Source: a virus. From it: a stretch of 64,000 nucleotides of DNA. Positions within the stretch are counted from its first letter, which is position 1, and each line of letters begins with the position of its first letter. Location of the stretch: positions 1 to 64,000 of the IMG/VR virus record IMGVR_UViG_3300043470_000217, one strand, 5' to 3'. Below are positions 8,423 to 19,800 of the stretch, piece after piece. The notes beneath the pieces were generated by a model. That model searched no databases. It worked only from the letters and a program-made list of their open reading frames with translations, and had not been told where the DNA came from. A program made the translations under genes and the position numbers.

Positions 8423-11400
8423 TGGATGGTAAAACCAGTTTAATACACACCGAGATATACAACAAAGGTTTACTGAAAGATGTAAACGATACGTATGTAG
8501 GTGAGGGTTATTGGACACATGCAAGAAATGCTGTGAACAACTCTCCTTCTGGAGACATTGGTGTATTGGGTAATGAGCCAAGTAATGTATTTTGTGCAAG
8601 AGCACCATATACAATTATTGGTACTGTCTATATTACAAATGGTAAGTGGGCTGTATATTCCTCTAATAACTTTGCTTCTGAGATAGGATTGTTTAATGAG
8701 AATACTTGTAAGTATGATACTATTTACAATGACCCACAAAACAAGTGTTTTAATTTCTTTAAAGATTACCCGGTAATTGGAGTATCAAAGTATAACTCTG
8801 ATTGCTCATGGTCTTTATATTGGGATGATGCATACAATGTATCCCGGACCATGAATATTGGTAAGGAAGATATGTGGCCTTATCCTGTAAATAACTGGGA
8901 TGGTGTTCCATATGACTACCAACAAATAACTACTAATGGTTGTATCAATAGAGTAAAGTTAACAACTATTGATTGTGATAAATTAAGATTAGCAGCTTAT
9001 GCTAAGACTCCTTGTATTCAAGTAAAGAAAGGTAATGGTATTGGTACATTGTTAAATGGATCATATCAAGCTACAATTGCTTACTCTGTTAATGGTGTAA
9101 GAGTATCTGATTATCTTGCTATATCTAATGTACAAGCTCTTTGGACACATGACAATGTAAATGGTTCACTGGAGATTTTTATTAATGGCTTAGATACAGA
9201 GTATGATGAATTTGAGTTAGTTGTTATTGGTTTTGTTAACCAGCAAGCAGTGGCCAGAAAGATTGGTTACTACTCTACACAAACAACCACTATATCATTA
9301 GACGCTATTGATCCTACATTAGTAACTGTACCTATAGAGCAAATACCTTTACGTAGCCCAGCTTATGAGAAGTCAGAGGGTATGTATAATGTAAATGAAT
9401 ACCTTATACGTATTGCTCCTACTACTTATGAAGATTTTAATTACCAGCCCACAGCTAATAATATTAAAACTAGCTGGGTTGGTGTAGAATATCCCGCAGA
9501 TTATTATTACAAAGGCGGAAACAAACCAACATTTTTAAGAGATGAAGTATATAGCTTTTTTATACGATGGATTTATGATACAGGTGCCAAGTCATCTAGC
9601 TACCATATACCAGGACGTGCACCAAAACCCGGAGAGCTTAGTAATAACTCTGGTCCTGATCACCTCGTAAACTTTGGACCAGAACAAAACTGGCAAGTAA
9701 ATAATACAGCTACAAAAGTCCCTGCTACAGGAACCACTGATGATGGTGGTGTAATTGTATTTAAAGGTGAGATGGGTTACTGGCAGTCTACAGAAAAGTA
9801 TCCAGATAATGATCCTTTAGTATGGGATACATTATGTGGTCAAAATATTAGACACCACAAAATGCCTGATGATATTGTTATCTCTAATTATAACAATACT
9901 AACAATACTCTTGTAACTCTTGGTGTAGAGTTTTCTAATATTGAATTTCCAAAAGATGCATCTGGAAACTATATCCGGAACATTATTGGTTATGAAATCT
10001 TAAGAGGTACTAGAGAAGCTAATAGATCTATCATTGCTAAAGGTCTTATCAATAATATGCGGGAATATGATATTCCTGATACTATTTCTAGTAAGACTGG
10101 TTTGTACGTAAACTATCCTTACAACTTTTTAGATCATGATCCATTCTTAGGAAGAGATAAGGATGCATTACCTAAGATACAACAAACTAAAGGTGGTGCT
10201 TATAAAGATAAAGATAAGTATGACAGCACTGGTTTAAGTGGTGTAGATGTACAATTGTTTGATGGTGTTAAGAGAGATGTATTCTCATTTCACTCACCAG
10301 AAACTACATTCCGGAATCCTTTCTTATCAGCTACTGAATTAAAAGTATATGGTGAAGTATGGGGTAATGTAGAAGGTAAATTTAGACCTGTAGATAATCA
10401 TCCTAAAGATAAGTTTATTACTGATGGTTCTGCTATTCTTGCAAATCTTGGTGGTATTGCAATTGGTGTAGCTGCTGCAAGAGCTGCTGTTCCTATTGTA
10501 GATATGGTTGTAGCTAGTGGTATTCAAATTGCAATTAATGGTGCATTTGGTACAGCTCTTACTGCTAATCCATTTAGTGGTGGAGCATTGGGTATAATTG
10601 CTGCGGTTGGTCAGTACGCTATTTTATTTGGTTATTATTGGATAGAATCTACTCAAAACTTAATTAATGGTATTGAAGCAATTGGTACAGCAAGACAGTT
10701 TGCTTATCAATATATATCACGTGGTTTCTATAATAACTTTATAGCATCTCCTGTTGGTAATAGAAGAAGAGAAATTACTAAGTCACTATATGTGGATCCT
10801 GTGATTCAAGACTATGATACTACTTATAGGATTAATAACTTATTCCGGGCCAATACTGTAACACTTACAACTGGTGCAACAATAGCTGATCCTTCTGTAA
10901 AAGACAATACATTATTTACTATTGGTCAAATTGCTAGAGGAGATAATGGTAGAACTGCAGATAATGATATCTGGAAAGAACCAACTAAATTACAGAACTC
11001 TGTTACATCTGCTCACTACGCTGCATTAAAAATTAAAAATGATAATCAGTATGGTCAGTTAGATGCTATTAGACAGATTCCTGTAGGGTGTATTAATTTG
11101 TGGACATTAAATTATACACAGTTAGCTTCTTCTGCTGTAATCTTTGGTGGTGACATGTATGTTAACCGCTATACTGAGAAGTCTACATTCTTCTATTTCT
11201 CTCAATGGATGCAGGACATGCCTGATAATACTGAGTGGGATTATAGATTGTATAATATGTTGCCATTCCCAAGATATTGGATGGATACAACTAAGTATAA
11301 CTCCACTGATTTATTGGGTGGTATATTTGGTGATGATAGTGCATTACCTAATGACTTCCATCATTTTGATAGAAGAATTGTTTCTGGGTTCTTTATGGTA

Positions 11401-13080
11401 AGGTTTGCTTACATGTATTTGTTTAACTCAGGTATCCGGGATTTCTATGTAGAGTCTGAGATTAACTTAGCATATAGAGATTACGGAGATGATCCAGGTA
11501 AGAGACACTATGACTTTAATACATACACTGACTATGAAGAAATGTTCCGTACTCCTTACATCAAGGATACAAACTATAACAAGTATGATTATGCATTAAG
11601 TATTAGTAAGCACTTTACAAACTTTGCATCATGGGGTAATCTACAATCCAGAATTTATGATCCTCTGAATACTGCTTGTTATGTTAAATATGATAAACGT
11701 GTAATCTATTCTTTACAGCAGCAGTTTGAATTATCTAAAGATAACTGGAGACAGTTCTTAGCTAATAACTATCATGACTTTGATTCTCAAGTAGTTAGCA
11801 TGCGTCCTGTAGGTAAAACTGGTGCTATTATTATGCTTAATAATAATTCTCCAGTATTGTTTCAGGGTGTAGAAACATTAGATCTTAACGGTGGTACTAA
11901 ATTATCTATCGGTGATGGTCAGTTGTTTAATGCTCAACCTTTACAGAATTTAGTAAATGCTGATCCAGAGTTTGAATATGGTAGCTGTCAGAATAAGTTC
12001 TCAGTGATTAACACACCAGCCGGCTTATTCTATATGAGTCAGAACCAAGGTAAAGTATTCTCTTATGGTCAAGGACTACAAGATATATCTAAGTCTGGTA
12101 TGAAGTGGTGGTTCTCACAGTATAGCCCATATGCATTACTTGAAGACTTTCCAAATATAGAGTCTAATATTTTGGACAATACTATTATTGGTGTTGGTTG
12201 TCAAACAACATATGATAATATCAACGAGATTGTATTCTTCTGTAAGCGTGACTTTAAACTTAAGCCAGCATTTAAAGGTAAAGTAACTTATCTATTTAGT
12301 AATAAATTTGGTCATGTAGATTTCCCAGGATATCAATTTGACCTAGGTGATCCTATGTACTTTGATGATGCTTCTTGGACTGTAAGTTATGACCCTAAAG
12401 CCAAAGCATTTATATCTTTCCATGACTGGCATCCTAACTTAGTAATGTCTAGTAAAACTTACTACATGACTGTAAAGGATAACGGTATCTGGAAACATAA
12501 CTTGGTATGTGATTCATTCTGTAACTACTATGGTGTTAACTATCCATTTGAAGTTGAGTATGTACAGAACCAAGGTCAAACAGTTACTACTACTAGATCT
12601 GTAGAATATATTCTTGAGTGCTATAGGTATTCACCTAATTGTCTAGATTATCATCATTTACTTGATCAGAATTTTGACAGAGCTATTGTATATAATACAG
12701 AACAGATATCCGGTGATCTTAGATTAAATCTAGCACCTAAAAATAATCCATACTTGGGTAATACATATCCTATAATTAATCCTAATAATATTGATATTCT
12801 CTTTTCTAAAGAAGAACAGAAATATAGGTTTAATCAATTCTGGGATATTACAAATGACCGTGGTGAATTTACTGGTACATTTACTCCTATGTGGGCTACT
12901 GAACCCAACGGATACATTAGGAATATTAACTCAACTTATGTAAATTATAATAAGGGGGCTACTCAAAGAAAGAAATTTAGACATTACATTAACAAGGTTG
13001 TACTTAAGAAACTTGTTTCTGGCTCATCTAAGTTCTTATTGAAGCTCAGTAATAACAAATTGTTAGCTTCATTTAGGTAA
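8422..13080 (+). CDS. Tail stabilization/muzzle protein (P22 gp10-like)
   Basis: 1552-aa beta-rich protein with FLRDEVYSFFI...SYHIPGR, IRHHKMP, IIGYEILRG and WTVSYDP...FISFHDWHP motifs typical of crAss-like muzzle proteins. Confidence 0.75.
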   Translation: MDGKTSLIHTEIYNKGLLKDVNDTYVGEGYWTHARNAVNNSPSGDIGVLGNEPSNVFCARAPYTIIGTVYITNGKWAVYSSNNFASEIGLFNENTCKYDTIYNDPQNKCFNFFKDYPVIGVSKYNSDCSWSLYWDDAYNVSRTMNIGKEDMWPYPVNNWDGVPYDYQQITTNGCINRVKLTTIDCDKLRLAAYAKTPCIQVKKGNGIGTLLNGSYQATIAYSVNGVRVSDYLAISNVQALWTHDNVNGSLEIFINGLDTEYDEFELVVIGFVNQQAVARKIGYYSTQTTTISLDAIDPTLVTVPIEQIPLRSPAYEKSEGMYNVNEYLIRIAPTTYEDFNYQPTANNIKTSWVGVEYPADYYYKGGNKPTFLRDEVYSFFIRWIYDTGAKSSSYHIPGRAPKPGELSNNSGPDHLVNFGPEQNWQVNNTATKVPATGTTDDGGVIVFKGEMGYWQSTEKYPDNDPLVWDTLCGQNIRHHKMPDDIVISNYNNTNNTLVTLGVEFSNIEFPKDASGNYIRNIIGYEILRGTREANRSIIAKGLINNMREYDIPDTISSKTGLYVNYPYNFLDHDPFLGRDKDALPKIQQTKGGAYKDKDKYDSTGLSGVDVQLFDGVKRDVFSFHSPETTFRNPFLSATELKVYGEVWGNVEGKFRPVDNHPKDKFITDGSAILANLGGIAIGVAAARAAVPIVDMVVASGIQIAINGAFGTALTANPFSGGALGIIAAVGQYAILFGYYWIESTQNLINGIEAIGTARQFAYQYISRGFYNNFIASPVGNRRREITKSLYVDPVIQDYDTTYRINNLFRANTVTLTTGATIADPSVKDNTLFTIGQIARGDNGRTADNDIWKEPTKLQNSVTSAHYAALKIKNDNQYGQLDAIRQIPVGCINLWTLNYTQLASSAVIFGGDMYVNRYTEKSTFFYFSQWMQDMPDNTEWDYRLYNMLPFPRYWMDTTKYNSTDLLGGIFGDDSALPNDFHHFDRRIVSGFFMVRFAYMYLFNSGIRDFYVESEINLAYRDYGDDPGKRHYDFNTYTDYEEMFRTPYIKDTNYNKYDYALSISKHFTNFASWGNLQSRIYDPLNTACYVKYDKRVIYSLQQQFELSKDNWRQFLANNYHDFDSQVVSMRPVGKTGAIIMLNNNSPVLFQGVETLDLNGGTKLSIGDGQLFNAQPLQNLVNADPEFEYGSCQNKFSVINTPAGLFYMSQNQGKVFSYGQGLQDISKSGMKWWFSQYSPYALLEDFPNIESNILDNTIIGVGCQTTYDNINEIVFFCKRDFKLKPAFKGKVTYLFSNKFGHVDFPGYQFDLGDPMYFDDASWTVSYDPKAKAFISFHDWHPNLVMSSKTYYMTVKDNGIWKHNLVCDSFCNYYGVNYPFEVEYVQNQGQTVTTTRSVEYILECYRYSPNCLDYHHLLDQNFDRAIVYNTEQISGDLRLNLAPKNNPYLGNTYPIINPNNIDILFSKEEQKYRFNQFWDITNDRGEFTGTFTPMWATEPNGYIRNINSTYVNYNKGATQRKKFRHYINKVVLKKLVSGSSKFLLKLSNNKLLASFR

Positions 13081-13101
13081 TGAATGAGCTAGATTAATAA
13101 A

Positions 13102-15210
13102 ATGGCTAGAAAAAAACCTGTCATATCTCCTTTTGGTCAATGGGCTTATCCCGGTGAGGTAACTATTATACCCTCTTCAGATATTACAATGAAGGGGGTT
13201 AACTATCCAGTACTTGGTATAGATAACTTAGGTAATCAACAAATGATGATGCCTGGTGGAGAATATACATTTCCCGGTGACTATGTAACTGAGATACCTC
13301 AGATGGGTAAAGGTGGTTTGAGACAGTGGTTTGCTGAAGAGTGGACAGATGTTAAAACCGGTAAACCTTGTGGTAGATCTGGTAAAGATAAAGATGGTAG
13401 ACCATATCCAGCATGCAGACCATCTAAGAGAGTAAATGAAACAACTCCTAAAACTACATCAGAAATGTCTTCTTCAGAAAAAGCTAAATTCAAAAGAGAG
13501 AAGACTTCTGGTAAGCGCATAGATTATAATCATAAGCGTAGAGAGTTTGGTGGTGAGAGCTGGTTAGATCAGTATCAAGATGGTAGTGAAGTTCCTTCTA
13601 ATATAGAAAGAATGGATCCTGCAGTTATTAAAAGGGATCGTTCATGGTTAGATAAGTTAAAAGGATATATACATAGGGGAGAAAAAGCAATAGGTTTAGA
13701 TCCTTATAATGAAAGACCTGATGACTTTATGGAGCAGTGGGCTAGAAGAATTAATACTGCTACTGGAGGTAGAGATTGGTATAAACAACCAAATGATGCA
13801 TCTGGTCCCGGTGGTATAGGTACTGCTATGATGGAAACTGTAATGGCTCCATTTAGTGCACCACAGTTAGCTTCTGTATATGGAGCAACTGGTAAAGTAC
13901 AGATGCCATCTGAAGCAATGAATATTCAGAATCCTGTAGGTTCTTTCTTAGCTGATGCTGTACTTGATCCTACTAATTTAGTAGGTGCAGGTATAGCTAA
14001 AAATTTAGGTAAGGGATCTTTACAAAATATGGTTAGATCTAGAATGCGGGGAGCAAGACCAAATCTACAAAGATCTGTAGATAATATTTCTAATGAATTA
14101 CCAGCGCCTCCTTCAGAACTTAGATTGAATGAAAGCACTGGACAACTGGATCCTTATTATGATACAGAACGTCCATACTTTGATCAATGGATGAGAGAAT
14201 TAAATGCTACATCAAATCCTCAAGATGTTGCAGATTTATTTGCAAATCCTAGTGGATCTATAGATTTAAGAAAACTTAAAAAGAATGTTAAAAATAAATC
14301 AGGGTTAACAAAAGAAGAGATATTAAAGAATGCATCTCCTAAGGATAAAGAAGCTTTAAGTAAAATGTCTGAATCCGAATTTGAAGAAACTGTTTTAAAA
14401 CCTACAGGTGAAATTGCTCTTTATGAACCTGCTATAAATTTAGGTTTAGGTTTTGATACTAATACAAGAAATCTAACTTTATCAGATTCTATACCTATGG
14501 GTATGGAGGAGTATACTAATGTTTTTAATTCTAAATTGGATAGACTTAATCAGATTATTTCTAGAAATAATAAATCAGGACTAGACTATTCTGTTAAAGG
14601 ATTATCACCATCTGGTGCATTAACATTTAATACTCCAGCTCAAATTGAAAAACTTCCTCCAAATACTAAGGTACTTAATGAATTAAAAAATCGTGGCCTT
14701 ATAGATAGTGAAGGTAATATGAGTCCTATTGCTCAAGAATATGTTGATCGTTGGGCAATTGCAGGCAATAGAAATATTCCACAAGGAGAATCTACTTGGA
14801 TGTTAGATATAAATCCTGGTCAATGGCGTGGTGAAGTAGAAGATATTGCAAATGCGGAATACTTTAAAGCTATTCCTGGATTAAACATGAGAAATACAAC
14901 AGCAAGTGTATTTTCTGATGCACTTCCTAGACGAGGTACTGGTACATATAATAGTATAAATGAATATCTTAAAGAGCTAGGTCTTGGTAGAGTAAAACCC
15001 GGTTTTAATTCACAGAGTCAATCATCTAGTGGTCTTTGGGAAGATGCAATTAAAAAAGGAAAAGCGTTTGGATATTTTAATAATCCAGGAACTGTATATG
15101 GTTCTATGAGAACTGTTGCTCCATTAGCAGCAGGAACAGCTGCCGCATCTCAGTTACAAGAACAAAAAAAAGGTGGTCAAACTAATTGGCTAAACAAATA
15201 CAATAACTAA
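13102..15210 (+). CDS. Modular virion cargo protein with GG-delimited modules
   Basis: N-terminal IPSSDITMKGVNYPVLG...MMPGGEYTFPG module, a DUF5872-like half module, a variable central region and a C-terminal KKGG..WLNKY. Confidence 0.65.
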   Translation: MARKKPVISPFGQWAYPGEVTIIPSSDITMKGVNYPVLGIDNLGNQQMMMPGGEYTFPGDYVTEIPQMGKGGLRQWFAEEWTDVKTGKPCGRSGKDKDGRPYPACRPSKRVNETTPKTTSEMSSSEKAKFKREKTSGKRIDYNHKRREFGGESWLDQYQDGSEVPSNIERMDPAVIKRDRSWLDKLKGYIHRGEKAIGLDPYNERPDDFMEQWARRINTATGGRDWYKQPNDASGPGGIGTAMMETVMAPFSAPQLASVYGATGKVQMPSEAMNIQNPVGSFLADAVLDPTNLVGAGIAKNLGKGSLQNMVRSRMRGARPNLQRSVDNISNELPAPPSELRLNESTGQLDPYYDTERPYFDQWMRELNATSNPQDVADLFANPSGSIDLRKLKKNVKNKSGLTKEEILKNASPKDKEALSKMSESEFEETVLKPTGEIALYEPAINLGLGFDTNTRNLTLSDSIPMGMEEYTNVFNSKLDRLNQIISRNNKSGLDYSVKGLSPSGALTFNTPAQIEKLPPNTKVLNELKNRGLIDSEGNMSPIAQEYVDRWAIAGNRNIPQGESTWMLDINPGQWRGEVEDIANAEYFKAIPGLNMRNTTASVFSDALPRRGTGTYNSINEYLKELGLGRVKPGFNSQSQSSSGLWEDAIKKGKAFGYFNNPGTVYGSMRTVAPLAAGTAAASQLQEQKKGGQTNWLNKYNN

Positions 15211-15211
15211 A

Positions 15212-16837
15212 ATGAAAGATAAATTTTTAAAAATGGCTGGTGTTAAATCTGAGAAGGAGTTCTATAAGATGTTCCCTACAGAAGAAGCATTTTTTAAAGC
15301 CTATCCACAAGCTGTAGAAATGAAAAAGGGTGGTAATGTTCCTACTAATCCTGAGTTATATTCTAGAGTTAAATCAGAAGCTAAATCTAAGTTTGATAGA
15401 TGGCCTTCAGCTTATGGTTCAGCGTGGTTAGTTAAGACTTACAAGAGTCGTGGTGGTGGATATAGAAAAGCACAAACTGGTGGTGGATTACAAGACCAGC
15501 AAATTTTCCAATATCCTAACTATGGTGATAACATGGCAGCTTACTATCAAAAGATGAATGAAGATAGAGCTAATAATCCTATGGGTGCTATTGGTGATTT
15601 TATGCTTAATGGTGCTATGGCTGCTGGACAAGCTGCAGATAATGGTGAAGATACTGGTAACAAAATGCAAATGGCTAAGTTAGCTATGAATGTTATGGGT
15701 ATGCCGGCTATGCAAATGGGCGGTGTAGGTAGTATGATGCGTGATAATTATTATGATGAGGGTGGTGAAATGGCAATGGGTCAAGTAATGGCAATGAATG
15801 ATAAGATTGCTAGATTACAAAACTTTATTAATGGTGAGAGTGAAATAGAACCTTGGGTTGCTAGCAAGCTTACATTAGCTGATGACTATCTTACTAGTGT
15901 ATCTGATTACTTACAATTTAATGAAGGTGATGAAGGAGAAGAGGAAGAAGAAGATATGGATTTAACTATGGGTGAATTAGAGGAGATGAAGAATGGTGGT
16001 ATTCCTGAAAGATATAGAAGCCGTGGTTTCACTAAAGTAGGTGCTAAGAAACAGTCTAACCGTCCTGGTAAAAAGTGGATGGTATTAGCTAAGAAAGGTG
16101 ATAAGTATAAAATTGTACATGGCGGTTATAAAGGAATGAAAGACTTTAGCCAGCATGGTTCAGAAAAGCGTAAGAAGAATTTCTGGAATAGAATGGGTGG
16201 TAAAGATTCTAGTAAGGCTACAGATCCATTCTCACCATTGTACTGGCACAAACGTTTTGGTACTTGGGCAGAAGGTGGTGAACCTAATAATGCCGGATTC
16301 CAAGCTTTACCTGATTATGTACAAAATAAAATCATGAGTAATATGGCTTATGGTGGATACATGCCAGAGATGGGTGTTGGTGGTAAGATGCCAGCTGAAA
16401 TTGCCCGTGCACGTTTTGCAGCAGCTGGTAACTTAGATAAGTTAGATGAATATGGTTATGCATATGGTGGAGATATTTATGGTGGAGAAATGGATATGGA
16501 TGCTATGTACCAAATGATGAAAGGTGGTCAACCATGCTATGAGTGTGGTGGTAAAGTGTATAAGCAAGGTGGTATCTACATTAATCCTGCTAATAAAGGA
16601 AAGTTTACTGAATCAGCTAATAGAGCAGGTATGGGTGTGCAAGAGTTTGCTAGACACGTACTTGCAAATAAAGAAGACTATAGCTCAACACAAGTAAAAA
16701 GAGCTACATTTGCTAAAAATTCTGCTAGTTGGAAAAAACAAATGGGTGGTATGGCAGAAGGACAGATGTTAGAATTACATGATGATGAGATTCAAAATCT
16801 TATTGATCAGGGTTATGGTATTGAGTATTTAGATTAA
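15212..16837 (+). CDS. Modular polyprotein-like virion protein with ~13 xxxGG motifs
   Basis: MKKGG, AQTGG, MQMGG, YDEGG, MKNGG, WAEGG, MAYGG, YAYGG, YECGG, YKQGG and KQMGG separate short basic or acidic modules. Confidence 0.7.
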   Translation: MKDKFLKMAGVKSEKEFYKMFPTEEAFFKAYPQAVEMKKGGNVPTNPELYSRVKSEAKSKFDRWPSAYGSAWLVKTYKSRGGGYRKAQTGGGLQDQQIFQYPNYGDNMAAYYQKMNEDRANNPMGAIGDFMLNGAMAAGQAADNGEDTGNKMQMAKLAMNVMGMPAMQMGGVGSMMRDNYYDEGGEMAMGQVMAMNDKIARLQNFINGESEIEPWVASKLTLADDYLTSVSDYLQFNEGDEGEEEEEDMDLTMGELEEMKNGGIPERYRSRGFTKVGAKKQSNRPGKKWMVLAKKGDKYKIVHGGYKGMKDFSQHGSEKRKKNFWNRMGGKDSSKATDPFSPLYWHKRFGTWAEGGEPNNAGFQALPDYVQNKIMSNMAYGGYMPEMGVGGKMPAEIARARFAAAGNLDKLDEYGYAYGGDIYGGEMDMDAMYQMMKGGQPCYECGGKVYKQGGIYINPANKGKFTESANRAGMGVQEFARHVLANKEDYSSTQVKRATFAKNSASWKKQMGGMAEGQMLELHDDEIQNLIDQGYGIEYLD

Positions 16838-16842
16838 TTAAC

Positions 16843-19800
16843 ATGAAAAGAAAAGTAAGGGTTAAGAGTTTACCAAAAGCTCAATTTGGATTTAATAATT
16901 TACCAGCACCTAATGTGCTTCGTCCTGATTATTTAGCTACTTGGCAAAAGAATAATCCTTATCCAGCTTTTGGTAATTCTTCTACAATTCCTGCAGATGT
17001 ATACTATGGTAATAATAATACCACAGGATCTTTCAATGTGGGAATGCCTGAGTTTAATCAGGAGGTATCATTTCCATCAAGTTTATATCCTACTAAAAAT
17101 AATCCTTTAAGTTTATATCCTAGAAATACTAAATTAGAGTCTGGTATTTTAAGTACTAATGAAGCTATTAGAAAATCTTATATAGATCAAATTCCTGAAG
17201 ATACTAGAAAGTTAATGGGCCTTGAACCATTTGGTGATCTTAAAACAAAAAAGATTAAGCAAGAAGGTAATCCTTATATAGGACCAATGCTATTAGCTGG
17301 TACAGATGTATTTAGTTCTGTTGCTAGGAAGATTCAAGATAGAAATGCAGAATCTGATTTTAAAAATCAGTTTTTATCTGATAACTTATATAATGTAAGA
17401 CCTGAAGATTACCAAGGTAATAGAGGAGATTATTTAACAAACACTGCCGGGTTAGGTCCTGACTTTAGACCTACTGATTATATATACGGTGACTATAATA
17501 AAATTGCCCAGATGGGTGGAGAAATGAAAAGAAAAGTAAGAATTACAAGTTTACCACAAGCTGCATACGGTGGTACTCAAAATGCTAAAGCGGTTAATCA
17601 ATTATACGGTAACTCAGCCTATATGATGAACATGTTTAATGGTGCCACTAAAGGTGAACCAGAAGAACAATATGGTCAAACATTGGGACCAGATCCTAGA
17701 TCTATGGCTGTATTAGAAGCAGAGAAAGGAGAGACATTAATACGTAAAGGTACTAATAGCACTATTCCTGAATTCTTTAAAATTGGTGGTAAACGCCACT
17801 CAGAAGGTGGTACACCATTGTCTGGAGAAAAAGCTACACCAGATAGTTTTATTTATTCAGATACTAAAGCTATGAAAATTAAAGATCCAGCTATCTTAGA
17901 ATCTTTTGGTTTTGCTGCTAAGAAAGGTGGCTACACTCCTGCTAAAATCTCTAAGAAGTTTGATCTTAACAATAAAGATTTGCGTGAAGGATTATATTCT
18001 GAGAGTGATCCATTGCGTAAGAAAACAGCTGTAATGATGGCTGATAATTATATTTCTAATTTAGGTAAGTTAGCATTAGTACAAGAATCACAGAAAGGAT
18101 TTCCTCAAGGTATTCCAGAAATTGCTATGCCCTATATGGATAAGATAGGATTAGATCCAGCTCAGTTTTTACCACCATCACCTGAACAAGGTATGGCAAT
18201 GGCTATGTATGGTGGTATGCCTAAAGCTCAAGTTGGAAGACAACAATCAAATGTTAAAGTTAATAGAACAACTCCATATACAGAAAATGATATTGAGTTT
18301 AAAAATGGTACTTGGCAAGTTAAACCCACTGCTAATATGCAAGCTGCACCATATAGTGTATCAGCAATTAACATGTCTCCTCAAAGATTTCAAGATTATA
18401 CGTTTAATGATCCTGAAGCCGCAATTGATTTAGTAATTAAATCTAGTGGTATTCCATCTTATTTAGAAAGAGTAAATAAAGGTAAACAGGAGTTTTTAAA
18501 CACTGTTAATAAACCTTTTGGTTCTACACAACAAGACACAGTTGTTCAAAAACCTAAGCCACAACCAGTTGTACAATCTAGAGCCACAGTTCAAACTCCA
18601 AAAGCTAAAGTAAATGTAACTAAACCTGCAGCTTCACAAACTACACCATTAAGTATTGATGATCTTCTTAATGAAAAAATTAATGACATGGTGAATAAAG
18701 AATATGGTGGGGAATTAGAAGAATATCAAACAGCCGGTCAAGTAACTGGTGAAAAAGAATTTGTAGAAGTTATTACTTTACCAGATGGTAGTAAAGGTAA
18801 AAGAATTACTAAAGGTAATGCTGTAAGTATTGTAGATGCATCGGGTACTGTTTTAGGATCTAAAACTATTGAACCAAACTATAGAACTATTAATCCTGAA
18901 AGACTTGCTGAACTAGAAAGCAGAGGTATTAAACTTAGTGTACCTAAAAGATATGAAGGTAAAGAATGGAGTATGACTCCAGGTCGTCAAGGTATTAGAG
19001 AAGGTGCTGGTAGTTTTGGTACTGAAGATTGGTATGCTGGAGAAAACAAAGAAGATTTTGCTAGAAGACAAGCTAGATTTTTAAAGTTCTATCCTAACTA
19101 TAATCCTAAGAATGAGCAAGATAATGAAATGTTTCAAAACTGGTATAATAGTGATATCTATGATCAATCTATTAAAGCTGGTTTAACAGAAGAAGAAGCT
19201 AAACAAAACGTTAATGAATTTGGATTTGTTGCTGGATCAAAAGATCCAAATGCTTTAGATAAAAAGTTTGGTCATTATACTTGGTCACGTCCTACAATTG
19301 ATATTAAAAGAAAACCACCAGAAACTCCTCCTGGAGGAAATATTCCTCCTGGAGAATTAATTCCACCTCCACCAAGTAAAAGAAGACCTATTGGTTTTTA
19401 TCCTCAAGATGTATTAAATACTGCGGCTGCTATTGGTGACTTAGCTAGTATTAATAAGTACAATCCCAGAATGCTTCAGTTTAGTGCAGAACCTATGGAG
19501 CCTACTTACTATGATCCTAATAGAGAGTTAGCAGCTAATGCTGAGATGGCTAATTTGGCTGCTCAGAATTTAGCACAATTTACTGGACCACAATCTTTTA
19601 ATGCTAGATTCTCAGATGTTCAGGGTAAAGGTTTAGCTAATGCAGCTAATATTGAAGCTAGATATAATAATCTAAATGTTGGTGTAGCTAATCAGTTTGA
19701 GCAAGCTAATAAGCAATTAATGAATGAAGCTAATTTTAAAAATGCTTTAGCTGCTAATGACTTCTATGATAAAAGTGTTGTTGCTAATCAGCAATATGAT

